This document shows, piece by piece, positions 53,345 to 63,008 of a stretch of DNA of 64,000 nucleotides (position 1 is its first letter; the number at the start of each line of letters is the position of its first letter). Under the pieces are notes generated by a model. That model was not told where the DNA came from, did not search any database, and saw nothing but the letters and a program-made list of their open reading frames with translations. The DNA comes from Candidatus Latescibacterota bacterium. GTDB lineage: Bacteria > Latescibacterota > UBA2968. Both the position numbers and the translations under genes were made by a program. The stretch is taken from contig OZ240241.1 of assembly GCA_965198115.1 (NCBI GenBank), positions 7,200,001 through 7,264,000 of the forward strand, read 5' to 3'.

Positions 53345-54046
53345 TTACGAGATCCCCATCTTCGCCTTGAGTGCGGCGAGACGCTCGTCGCTTGAGCCGC
53401 CTCCACCGGCAAGGGCGCGGTCGATTTCGTCGTCGGTAGAGGTCGCCTGCCCCGCGATGTCACCATAGGCCTGGGCGAGCGATTCGTCCTGGTCGACCCG
53501 CTCTTTCATTCGTTCGAGCATGGCCAGCGTGCCCGAGGAGTCGACCTTGGCCAGCTGCTTGTTGATTTTCTTCGTGGCTGCGGCTGTGCGTGCACGTGCA
53601 CGAAGCGTGATCAGGTCGTTTTCGTGGCTGGCGACGGTTGATTTGAGACGATCGACCTGCGTTTGTAGTTTGTTCGCCATCGTTTCTTGCTGTTGGGCGT
53701 CGTTGGCGAGTTGGGCGGCCCGAGTGGCCGTATCATCCTTGCGGGTGAGGGCTTCGGTGGCCAGACGATCGGCTTCGGCCGGATCGACGTCGCCGGATTG
53801 GGCGCGTTGCAGCAGCAACATGGCCTTCTTTTCGTAGTCGGCTGCCGCGTTGGCGTTGTCTTCTGCCTGTTTCTTGAGGCGGATGGCCTGTCCTTTGACT
53901 TCGGCCAGACTGGTCATGGCGGTGTTGAGGTCTTTTTTGAGATCCCGAATACCCTGCTCGGTCATCCTGATCGGATCTTCGATCTTGTCGATGGCCGAGT
54001 GGACTTCGGCCTTGCCCAGTCTGAAGACGCGCTGAAAAATGCTCAT
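53345..54046 (-). CDS. pspA: PspA/IM30 (ESCRT-III-like) family protein
   Basis: MSIFQRV amphipathic start, IDKIEDP, long coiled coil, RLAALKAKMG. Confidence 0.9.
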   Translation of the reverse strand: MSIFQRVFRLGKAEVHSAIDKIEDPIRMTEQGIRDLKKDLNTAMTSLAEVKGQAIRLKKQAEDNANAAADYEKKAMLLLQRAQSGDVDPAEADRLATEALTRKDDTATRAAQLANDAQQQETMANKLQTQVDRLKSTVASHENDLITLRARARTAAATKKINKQLAKVDSSGTLAMLERMKERVDQDESLAQAYGDIAGQATSTDDEIDRALAGGGGSSDERLAALKAKMGIS

Positions 54047-54072
54047 TTGATTGCTCCTGTCGGGTGGCGAGA

Positions 54073-54468
54073 TTAGCTGTGACTGAAAGAGATGAATTCC
54101 TCGGCATTCTCCGCCATGGCGAGGCTCAAGGCGTTGATCGAGCCCTCGAGTTCAGACCGATCGAGCGTATCGAGCCGGAGGGTGTCGCGGAAAAGAACCA
54201 TCCCGGTTTCTAAGTCGATGGCGAACGCACCGTGAATCAGCGTTCGGTTGATTTCCAGGAGCCGCTCGTAGAGCTTACCCGTATCGGACGGAAGCGGCAA
54301 AACCCCCTGCTCGAGTATGAGAATTGGGTCTTCGCAGTCGATGATGAGGTTGTGGATGCCGCGCTCATCGTCGTTGACGATGACGAGTTCCTCTGATTCG
54401 TCCTCGGATTCCGTGGGGAGTTCGAGTTCCTGCAAGTAGGCTCTTACTTTTTCGAAGTTTTCTGACAT
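54073..54468 (-). CDS. YbjN/CesT-like (T3SS chaperone fold) protein
   Basis: RLLEINRTLIHGAFAID..VLFRDTL..LDRSELEGSINAL. Confidence 0.75.
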   Translation of the reverse strand: MSENFEKVRAYLQELELPTESEDESEELVIVNDDERGIHNLIIDCEDPILILEQGVLPLPSDTGKLYERLLEINRTLIHGAFAIDLETGMVLFRDTLRLDTLDRSELEGSINALSLAMAENAEEFISFSHS

Positions 54469-54605
54469 TCTCTCACCTGGTCCCTTCTTCACTGACGCAC
54501 GGGTCGTCCTGCAGAGCACGGTGCTACACGGCGGTTCGATACCTGAAGATGGCAAAGGGTTTCAAAAAGTAAAGAGTCGACGATTCGTGTCAAGACGGGG
54601 GTCAA

Positions 54606-55609
54606 GTGGGCACGTTGAAGATGGCTGTGGTAGGATTGGGGCTGGGACGTCATTTCGTAAATTCGCTGGCCGGCCATCCGGACGTAGATCGGCTGGTTTT
54701 GTGCGATCCAAACGCGGATCGAGCCGAGGAGGTGCGTCAGGATCATCCGGAAGTGGACCAGATTTACGAGCACCTCGAGGTGATGCTGGAGACGGAGCGT
54801 CCGGACGGTGTTTGCGTCGTGACACCCGATCATATGCATCGCCCGCACTCGACGCTTTGCTTCCAGGCTGGGGCTCACGTCTTGCAGACGAAACCCCTGG
54901 CGACGAACCTGGAGGATGCCCGCGCGATCGTGGTTGCCGCGGAGCATCTGACCGCAAGTTGATGGTTGCCCACGAACGTCGTTTCCGACCCCGGGTCCAG
55001 CGGGTGAAAGCGATCATCGACGCGGGTGAGATCGGTGACCTGATTCACCTGCGAGTAGACGCCATTGACGACAAGCGAGGGCAGTTTGCACGGGCGCCGT
55101 GGTACGCGTCGTCCAAAGCGGGTCGAAGCGCACTCAACGGCACCGGCATTCACGAGGTGGATTTGACTCGACATTACGTGCAACGTCCGATCGAGGCTGT
55201 GAGTGCGTTCAGCAACAAACTGGGTGATCTGGATTTCCCGAGGGACAAGACGACTGCGGCGCTGTTCCGTTTCGAGGGTGATGTCGTTGGGCAGGTGACA
55301 GTAACTTACGAAAGCCAGCAGCCGCGCTCACATCGCCTGGATGACCATTTTCGCGTGATCGGAACAACGGGTACAATTATGGGAGACAAGGTCTACCGGG
55401 TCGGTGAAGACGATTGGGAGGATCTGAGCGGATTGGATCACGGCATACGCGCGGGTATCGCCGGCGCGGTTCTCGCCTTCATCGATGCCGTGGCACACGG
55501 GGCTCAGATTCCCGTGACGGGCGAAGATGCGTTCGCCTCGCTGGCTGCTGCCGAAGCCGCCGATCAGTCGGCCGCGACCGGGGAGACGACCCGACCCGAG
55601 TCTCTTTAA
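54606..55609 (+). pseudogene. Gfo/Idh/MocA oxidoreductase (one frameshift near 54947)
   Basis: VVGLGLG, VVTPDHMH, TKPLA, then VAHERRF and GIHEVD in the second frame. Confidence 0.85.
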
Positions 55610-55667
55610 TAGAAAGGCCCGGTTGAGGACTCAACCGGGCACAAGATTGTCGCGATGCACGGGCGTT

Positions 55668-56084
55668 TCAGGCGCGCTGTCGATACGACCGGACTTGCTT
55701 TGGAGCCTCTGCGTTGAGGTGGTTGGCGCGGTGGTTCTGCCTCGGCGGCGTCTGACCGCTGGTCTCGTCCTTCGACTGTTCTTCGGTCTCGCTCGTCGAG
55801 TTCGCGAGCGCCTCCCGAAGGATGCGGCCGGGTTTGAAAGCGACTTTCCTTCGTGCGGGTACGAAGACGCGTTTTCCGGTCTTCGGGTTTCGCGCACCCG
55901 CCTTGGCGTTGGCCTGTTTTACAGTGAACGCTCCGAAGCCACGCGCTTCGATGCGCTGTCCGTTGACGATCGATTCAGTAAGTGATTCAAAGAAGGCATC
56001 GACGAACTGCCGTGCCTCTGTTTTGGAGTAACCAAATTCATCGGCGACGATCTTGACGAGGTCCGCCTTGGTTACGGTAATCAC
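55668..56084 (-). CDS. HU/IHF-family DNA-binding protein
   Basis: TKADLV, RGFGAF, ARNPKTG, FKPG. Confidence 0.92.
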   Translation of the reverse strand: MITVTKADLVKIVADEFGYSKTEARQFVDAFFESLTESIVNGQRIEARGFGAFTVKQANAKAGARNPKTGKRVFVPARRKVAFKPGRILREALANSTSETEEQSKDETSGQTPPRQNHRANHLNAEAPKQVRSYRQRA

Positions 56085-56194
56085 GTTTCCCCCCGATCCA
56101 ACGTTCTGCGGTCGTGCACGGCGTGACGTTGCTGATCAACATTCATCGGGACGCGCCGCCGATCAGGACGACGGAGCGGTGGAAATCATTGCCG

Positions 56195-56475
56195 ATGAAA
56201 AGGATCGATGAAGTGGCTGTGTTTTTCGAAGCGGTGGGAGACGTCGAGCCAGCACATTGACCGACGTCGAGGGTGAGGTGAAGTTTTCGTTCGGTGAGGG
56301 ATGTCAAATCAAGATGCCCGTAAGGGGAATGAGGCCTCTTCACTTCGGTTATTTCTGTCCCGAATTGGAGAAGGATAATAACGCGTGGGTTCGACTCGCG
56401 CAAGAGATGTTTGCTTCCAATCGTGACCAAAATTCGAGAAATCTACCGATAGGAATCGACGAGTTCGATTTATGA
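56195..56475 (+). CDS. small hypothetical protein (probable frameshift near 56250)
   Basis: Two adjoining frames; stop overlaps the epimerase ATG. Confidence 0.35.
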
Positions 56476-57479
56476 ACACTCTTGTAACCGGGTGTGCGGG
56501 TTTCATCGGCTATCATCTCTCCAAACGTTTGATGTCGATGGGACACGAAGTCATCGGTGTTGATAGTCTCAACGACTATTACAGTGTTTCACTCAAACGC
56601 GATCGACTCGATCAGCTGACCGGCGGAGAAGATTTTACTTTTCTCGAGGGAGCTGTTGAAGACGAGGGGTTTGTCGACGACGTTTTCCACGGCCGCGACT
56701 TTCGTGCCGTGATCCACCTGGCGGCGCAGGCGGGTGTCCCCTACAGTTTGGAAGCGCCACGCGAGTTTATTCAGGCCAACGTCGTTGGGTTTGTGAACAT
56801 CCTCGAAGCATCGCGTGTGAAGTCGATTCGTCATCTGGTCTACGCCTCTTCGTCATCTGTTTACGGATTGAACGAGTCGCTTCCATCGGATGCGTCACAG
56901 ACGACGGCACACCCCATGAGTCTTTACGCGGCGACGAAAAAGTCGAACGAACTGATGGCCCACGCATACAGCCATCTCTTCAACTTGCCGACGACGGGAT
57001 TGAGATTCTTCACGGTTTATGGGCCGTGGGGCCGCCCGGATATGGCCGCGTTTCTGTTCACTGAGGCAATCCTGGAGGGCCGGCCGATCGATCTGTTCAA
57101 CCACGGCCGATCCAAACGGTCGTTCACCTATGTGGATGACGTTGTCGAAGGGATCGTTCGCATCACGGAGCGGATTCCCGAACCGGATCCGTCGTGGTCG
57201 GCGAACGACCCCGATCCCAGCCGGTCGAGTGCGCCTTTCAGGGTCTACAATATCGGCAGTGACGAGACGGTCGATCTCGAGCGATTTGTTGAGGTGATCG
57301 AAGAGGCTCTGGGATTGGAGGCCAAGCGCAATCTCCTACCCGCCCGGGCGGGAGATGTGGAAGCGACAGCCGCGGATATCTCGGATTTGGAGCGGGATGT
57401 GGGATATCGCCCGACCACATCGATCGAGGAGGGGGTCGAACGTTTCGTGGCCTGGTACCGAGACTATTACGGAAAGTGA
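56472..57479 (+). CDS. NAD-dependent epimerase (UDP-glucuronate 4-epimerase-like)
   Basis: TGCAGFIG, HLAAQAGV, YAATK, RFFTVYGPWGRPDMA. Confidence 0.93.
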   Translation: MNTLVTGCAGFIGYHLSKRLMSMGHEVIGVDSLNDYYSVSLKRDRLDQLTGGEDFTFLEGAVEDEGFVDDVFHGRDFRAVIHLAAQAGVPYSLEAPREFIQANVVGFVNILEASRVKSIRHLVYASSSSVYGLNESLPSDASQTTAHPMSLYAATKKSNELMAHAYSHLFNLPTTGLRFFTVYGPWGRPDMAAFLFTEAILEGRPIDLFNHGRSKRSFTYVDDVVEGIVRITERIPEPDPSWSANDPDPSRSSAPFRVYNIGSDETVDLERFVEVIEEALGLEAKRNLLPARAGDVEATAADISDLERDVGYRPTTSIEEGVERFVAWYRDYYGK

Positions 57480-57632
57480 CGGGAATCACTTTGAGTGACA
57501 CAATAGCACCCTCGTGCAGAGCACGAGGGCGAGCGTGGCGCATCTGACACTATCGTGAAAAACAGAAGGTTGCGCTCGTTCCGGTGCTGTGCACAGGGAC
57601 GCCCTGCCACGATTCCAGTCGCGACTTCGTCT

Positions 57633-58019
57633 TCAGTCCTTCAACCCCAGATCATCGATGGTGAAAGCGATCCATTGAGTGAAAGCGTCCGCATCGACCG
57701 GGGTCTGGATGACGTGGCGCTTCCGGACCCCCAGGTTCGCGAGTTCCGACAGCCGGTCCTGTTCGATCGAAGCGGAAAGAACGAGAATCGGCAGACGTTC
57801 GTGCAGTTGACGGATAAAGGTGATGCAGTCCGGGCCCGACACGGATGAAAGACGGTAATCCAGGACAATCAGGTGGTAAAAGGTGGGGGCCTCGTTCAGC
57901 CGATCCAGGAGCGTGCGACCGTCGCTGACGGCGTGGGTGGTGATATCGGGAAGGTCGAGCAGGGCACCTGAGAGACGCATGGCGTCGACGCCGTCGGTCG
58001 CGAGCAACAGCTGAATCAC
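57633..58019 (-). CDS. stand-alone response-regulator receiver domain (atypical)
   Basis: LIVLDYRL...G, PILVLSA; TP in place of KP. Confidence 0.7.
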   Translation of the reverse strand: MIQLLLATDGVDAMRLSGALLDLPDITTHAVSDGRTLLDRLNEAPTFYHLIVLDYRLSSVSGPDCITFIRQLHERLPILVLSASIEQDRLSELANLGVRKRHVIQTPVDADAFTQWIAFTIDDLGLKD

Positions 58020-58491
58020 GAGGATCTCCTGGCTGTTTTGGCCAAGTTGAGCCGAAAAGTTGTCGGGTTCCTCGTAAAGTTATTGGAATATCTGCCGATA
58101 TGTGCAACAATGTGCAACAGGTGGGCGAAGCCGTCTCGGTCAGCGGGAAAAAGTTTGCCCCTCTCCCTTTGAAGTGAGTAACTTCTCCGGAAGAGGGGCC
58201 TGACCAAAGCGGTGTCACATTGCTCCACGGGCCTTGACACCTGCGCCTTATCCCCTCCGAAACCAGGATAAAGCGTTGGAAGCCTGTTGCTCGAGGTCGG
58301 CTTCTCCACCTCTTAGATTCAACAGTCCATCTCCCTCTTCCCCACTTCCCATCGTCGTTCCGAGTGTGTGTGTCGGTCCCGAGACGTCGCGGTCTAGCGG
58401 TTCTGAAGGCCGGGAGTCGTTTGGGGTGGATAACTCCCTATCCTCGATATCGGCATTTACTTGAGCACTCTTTAGTCCGGAGCACACTTTT

Positions 58492-60177
58492 TTGCAGCGA
58501 TTTCCCGTTTGGAGCATACGACACGAGGGACCGTATGAGTCGCTGGTCGATGTTTTTCTGGCCAATCGGTCCCTGTCCGAGTCGGATGTGACGAACTCGC
58601 CGACCCATCTCCACGATCCTCACCTCATGGTAGACCTTTCCAAGGCGGTCGATCGAATCGAACTGGCGATTCGGTCTCAGGACCCGATCGTGGTTTTCGG
58701 GGATTACGATGTCGACGGGGTGACGAGCGCGGCTCTGATGCTCGACATCCTCGACCACGTCGGCGCCGCAGCGACGAGTGTTCTACCAGACCGGTATCGA
58801 GATGGGTATGGCATGAAGGTGCAGGGAGTGCGACGGGCGATCGATCAGGGTGCCCGGCTGATCGTGACGACGGACAACGGCATTTCTGCGTTCGATGCGA
58901 TTGCCGAGGCCCAGAAAAGCGGTGTCGATGTCGTGGTGATCGATCATCACCACCCGCAGGACATCCTCCCCGACGCCCACGCCATCGTGAACCCGAGTCG
59001 GCCCGATTGCCCGTACCCCTTCAAGGGTCTCGCCGCGGTCGGGGTGGTGTTCAAGGTCGTCCAGGCGTTGTCGGAAAGGTTCATGGAGGGACACGACCGA
59101 AGACGCTACCTCAACGACGTGCTCGGCTATTTCGCGCTCGGTACGGTCGCAGATATGATGCCGATGATCGGGGAGAATCGGCTCCTGACGCGTCGCGGGA
59201 TCCAGGTACTCGACCAGACGAAGCACGCCGGGCTCAGGGCCCTCAAAGCGGTCACGGGAGGCAAGGGAAAGCCGGTGGATGCGACGACGATCGCGTTTTT
59301 CCTCGGCCCGAGGATCAACAGCGCGGGGCGTCTGGCATCTGCCCAACTGGCGTTGGATCTACTGCGGTGCCGGCAACCCGTCGAGGCGACGCGTCTGGCA
59401 GAAGAGCTGAACGAATTGAACAGCCGCCGACAGGAGCTTCAGAACGAAGGCGTGAACGAGGCCGAACGTCGCGTCGAGGATGAGGGCGTGGACGGGAAGC
59501 GGATTATCGTCGTTCACGGAGAGGCGTGGCATCTGGGCGTGATCGGACTGATCGCCGGACGTCTGAGGGAGCGCTTTCATCGTCCCGCGATCGTCACGTC
59601 GGCTGCCCGAGGCGACGCGTATGTCGGATCGGCACGTTCGGCCGGTGGTTACAACATGGTCGAGGGGATCTTTCGGTGCGCCGATCTGTTGAGCGAATAC
59701 GGCGGACACGCCGATGCGGCCGGTTTCTCCCTCCCGGCGGAAAATTACGAAGCGTTTCGCGAGCGGATCACATCGGACGCCGATGCTTTTCTGAACGAAG
59801 CAGACCTTCTGCCTCAGCTGGACGTTGACGTCGAGTTGCAGCCATCGGATCTCACGCTCCAAACGGTCGAGACGCTGTCGGCGTTCGAGCCCTTCGGCCC
59901 CAAGAACGAACCGCCGCGGTTCTCGCTCTCGCACTGCAAGCTCTCGCGAATCGATGCGGTCGGGCAGGGGGCTCATCTCAAGATGCAAGTTCAGGCCGGT
60001 TCGCAGTCGTGCGAGGCGATCTGGTGGCGTGAGGGCGAACGGGTCTACGAGCTGAATCAGGGTGAGGTCGTCGATCTGGCGTTCGGGCTCGAGCAGAACG
60101 TGTGGAACGGGCGCTCCAAGCTGCAGATGGTGGTCGAGGACATGCGTCCGGCGCTTATACCGTCATTACCGGCATAG
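58492..60177 (+). CDS. recJ: single-stranded-DNA-specific exonuclease RecJ
   Basis: GDYDVDG, TTDNG, IDHH, GTVAD, PRINSAGR, GGHADAAG, EPFGPKN. Confidence 0.95.
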   Translation: MQRFPVWSIRHEGPYESLVDVFLANRSLSESDVTNSPTHLHDPHLMVDLSKAVDRIELAIRSQDPIVVFGDYDVDGVTSAALMLDILDHVGAAATSVLPDRYRDGYGMKVQGVRRAIDQGARLIVTTDNGISAFDAIAEAQKSGVDVVVIDHHHPQDILPDAHAIVNPSRPDCPYPFKGLAAVGVVFKVVQALSERFMEGHDRRRYLNDVLGYFALGTVADMMPMIGENRLLTRRGIQVLDQTKHAGLRALKAVTGGKGKPVDATTIAFFLGPRINSAGRLASAQLALDLLRCRQPVEATRLAEELNELNSRRQELQNEGVNEAERRVEDEGVDGKRIIVVHGEAWHLGVIGLIAGRLRERFHRPAIVTSAARGDAYVGSARSAGGYNMVEGIFRCADLLSEYGGHADAAGFSLPAENYEAFRERITSDADAFLNEADLLPQLDVDVELQPSDLTLQTVETLSAFEPFGPKNEPPRFSLSHCKLSRIDAVGQGAHLKMQVQAGSQSCEAIWWREGERVYELNQGEVVDLAFGLEQNVWNGRSKLQMVVEDMRPALIPSLPA

Positions 60178-60387
60178 TTGAGTTGTCAGTCGTCAGGGTT
60201 CAGTTGCCAGGAAACCCACGCGGGGGCTGAACCCAAGGTCTTGGGGGAGGTCCGGCGCAAGAAGGCGAAGCCCGCTGAAGCAGGCAGACCAACCGAACCA
60301 TAATCGATCTTCAGCCTTCCTGACCTCTGACGACTGTTCCTCCCTCGCCAGTAAGGCCGAAGGAGGGACTGACAACTGGTTTCAACT

Positions 60388-60416
60388 CCGGTGGTAGTCG
60401 CCATCGGGGTTTTTTG
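60388..60416 (+). terminator. candidate intrinsic terminator
   Basis: Hairpin ccggtgg-tagtcg-ccatcgg followed by ggttttttt. Confidence 0.55.
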
Positions 60417-60473
60417 TGGGTACCTTGAATGCTGTGGTGATCTGGATTTCAGTTGAGAGTTTTAGGAGGACCG

Positions 60474-61304
60474 ATGGCTGACACGTGGCGTCCGGCCGAA
60501 CCGGATATCGAAACGATTCGCAGAATAGCGCCCGATCCGATGAAAGCACTGGCCGATCTCGAGATTCCGGCGTGTGTGTTCCGAAGTGCGTACCCCGTCT
60601 CAGACTGCGATGGTCTGATCGATCGGTTCATCGAAATGGGGTTGATCGACGATCCAGCTACGTGGGACCCCGTGACGGGACGAAAACGGATCGATATCGG
60701 CACGAGTCTGGCTCAGCGCGGATCCAACCAGGATGCCTTTTTCGCCCATTCAGCGGAGACTCACAAGCTCTACGAGACGTTGTTCGATGGGTTCGAACAG
60801 CCCGTGAAGACGATTTACGACGGTTTGGCCGCTCTCGCGCGGGACAAGAAGGTCGTGACCGCCTACGAACCGGATGGACGGCAGTATGGACCGGCGATCT
60901 TCCGCATTCACTATGAAGGCCACCGCTACGCACCTCATATCGATCACGTCACGTTGCGGGAAAAACGGTTCGACTACGCCGTCACCCGGTTCACCCATCA
61001 ATTTGCTGGTGTGCTTGTGATGCGAAACACCACACGCGATGACACGGCCACGCAGTCGATCATGCATCGCTGTAGGTGGTCACCGGCGGTCCAACCACAC
61101 ATTCGGGGTGGAACGTTCTACGACTATGCCAGGGCGCAGGGCATCGATTCTACGCAGGTCGACATGGCACCGGGGGACCTCTATTTCTTCAACACAGGGT
61201 CGATTCACGAGGTGCCGGCACTGGAGGGAAACGACGCACGTGTCGTTCTCGCCGTCTTTATCGGCTATTCGGAGGATGATGATGAGATTTTCGTGTGGAG
61301 TTAA
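60474..61304 (+). CDS. 2OG-Fe(II) oxygenase superfamily protein
   Basis: HxD (PHIDH), PGDLYFFN...HEV, downstream R; SD aggagg. Confidence 0.7.
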   Translation: MADTWRPAEPDIETIRRIAPDPMKALADLEIPACVFRSAYPVSDCDGLIDRFIEMGLIDDPATWDPVTGRKRIDIGTSLAQRGSNQDAFFAHSAETHKLYETLFDGFEQPVKTIYDGLAALARDKKVVTAYEPDGRQYGPAIFRIHYEGHRYAPHIDHVTLREKRFDYAVTRFTHQFAGVLVMRNTTRDDTATQSIMHRCRWSPAVQPHIRGGTFYDYARAQGIDSTQVDMAPGDLYFFNTGSIHEVPALEGNDARVVLAVFIGYSEDDDEIFVWS

Positions 61305-61410
61305 GGCCGGCTTCGCCGGCCAGTCGGCCGTTGTCCGTTGTCCGTTGTCCGTTGACCGGGAAAACCGTTCACCGGCATCGGTGCCGGACAGAGTGCGAGG
61401 AGCCTGAATA

Positions 61411-61929
61411 GTGGCGTTCAATGTGAAGAAGCGGGGGAAGTTGACGTACTACTACACCGGGGATGAACCGGTTCTGTCTGCGTTGGTGACGGAGGAGCAG
61501 GGCGATGGGGACCTGAAGATCTATTTCTCGGGTCTGACAGGTGGATACTCGGCAAAAGGTGTCCTGGATCTGGATGAGTTGGTGGAGATGGATCCGCTTC
61601 GGGAGATCCCACTCGTTTTTCAGTCGTGGGAGCGTTGGCTAAAGGATGCTGGAATCTGCGAGTCTCTGAAGCAGATCGATTTTATCGAGGTTCACGCGTT
61701 CGGTTGTCAGCCGAAGAGCCCGAATCCCCTGGTCGATCCGGTGGGCTTCGCAGAAGCTCAGGACCGACTGCGAAAAGACTATGCCGAAGCCTATCGGGGG
61801 TTCTTTCGCGACCACCTGCCCGAGAACGGCGTCCCCGCACGGTTTACAGTACACCTTGTCGATGTCCCGGACAAAGCGGCAAGCTATGAATTCTACAGTA
61901 CCGCGTTGTATCAGAGGGCGATCCAGTGA
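61411..61929 (+). CDS. hypothetical protein
   Basis: SD gaggag + GTG; 172 codons. Confidence 0.7.
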   Translation: MAFNVKKRGKLTYYYTGDEPVLSALVTEEQGDGDLKIYFSGLTGGYSAKGVLDLDELVEMDPLREIPLVFQSWERWLKDAGICESLKQIDFIEVHAFGCQPKSPNPLVDPVGFAEAQDRLRKDYAEAYRGFFRDHLPENGVPARFTVHLVDVPDKAASYEFYSTALYQRAIQ

Positions 61930-62189
61930 AAGAGAGTCTACAAATTCGGACTCATCCAAGGTTGAATCCTGGATGGGATGATCTATACCAGTCGATAACA
62001 AGAGACTGGATCCCGGCCTGAACCCTGCCGGGATTACGATCACAACTATTCACCCCGGAAGAAACCGATTGTCACCCCGGTACGCTTCTTGGCCGGGGTC
62101 TGTTTTTCGCCATCCGAGGTCGACACGAGCGACCATACTTCCCGAACAAAGATCACCCTTGCAAGCGGAAGCAAATTCCATCGGATAGG

Positions 62190-62978
62190 TTGACCGTGAA
62201 AGCGATCGAGATCAATGAGCACTTGAACAGCCTGTTCCCGGACATCCGGGAAAATACCGTCGATCGAGTTATCTATGGCGATCCCGAGGCGGAAGTCGAA
62301 GGCGTGGCGGTGGCGTGGATGCCCTATACAGCCACGCTCGAGCAGGCGAAGGCAGCTGGCGCGAACGTGCTCGTGACGCACGAACCGACGTTCTACAATC
62401 ATTGGGACCTGGATGACGAGGATGCCGCGGGGATGGAGGAGACGGCCATTAAAATGCAGTGGTTGGATGACGCAGGCATGACGGTCATCCGATGCCACGA
62501 CGTGTGGGACGCGATTCCAGAGATCGGTATCCCGTTCGCTTGGGGGACCTTCCTGGGGCTCGAGGAGATCCAGCATCAGGAGCGCTATTACAACATCTAT
62601 CGCGTGCCGGAGCAGACGGCGGAGGCATTCGCCCAGCAAGTGGCGGGCAGGGTCCGGGCACTAGGTCAGGAAAGTGTCGGATTCTACGGAGATGCGAGTC
62701 GTAGAATCCAGAGCGTGGGTGTCGGGACCGGAGCCAACAGTCAACCATTTAAGCTCTACGAGCTCGGCGCCGATCTCGCGGTGTCGGTCGACGACACAGT
62801 CCGCTGCTGGGTTGCCGGAGAGTGGTGTGAGGACACAGGTCGTCCCGTGGTTGTCGTTAATCACTGCGTGTCGGAAGAACCGGGGATCGTGAACCTGTCG
62901 GATTACTTGAAGCAGACGTATCCGGATTTGACAGTGACACATATCCCGCAGCGATGCACGTATCGCACGATTCGGTAA
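62190..62978 (+). CDS. Nif3-like dinuclear metal-centre protein
   Basis: VTHEPTFY, RCHDVWD, NHCVSEEPG. Confidence 0.85.
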   Translation: MTVKAIEINEHLNSLFPDIRENTVDRVIYGDPEAEVEGVAVAWMPYTATLEQAKAAGANVLVTHEPTFYNHWDLDDEDAAGMEETAIKMQWLDDAGMTVIRCHDVWDAIPEIGIPFAWGTFLGLEEIQHQERYYNIYRVPEQTAEAFAQQVAGRVRALGQESVGFYGDASRRIQSVGVGTGANSQPFKLYELGADLAVSVDDTVRCWVAGEWCEDTGRPVVVVNHCVSEEPGIVNLSDYLKQTYPDLTVTHIPQRCTYRTIR

Positions 62979-63008
62979 GTGCCTGGCGAGGGAAAACCGA
63001 GGTATCTG

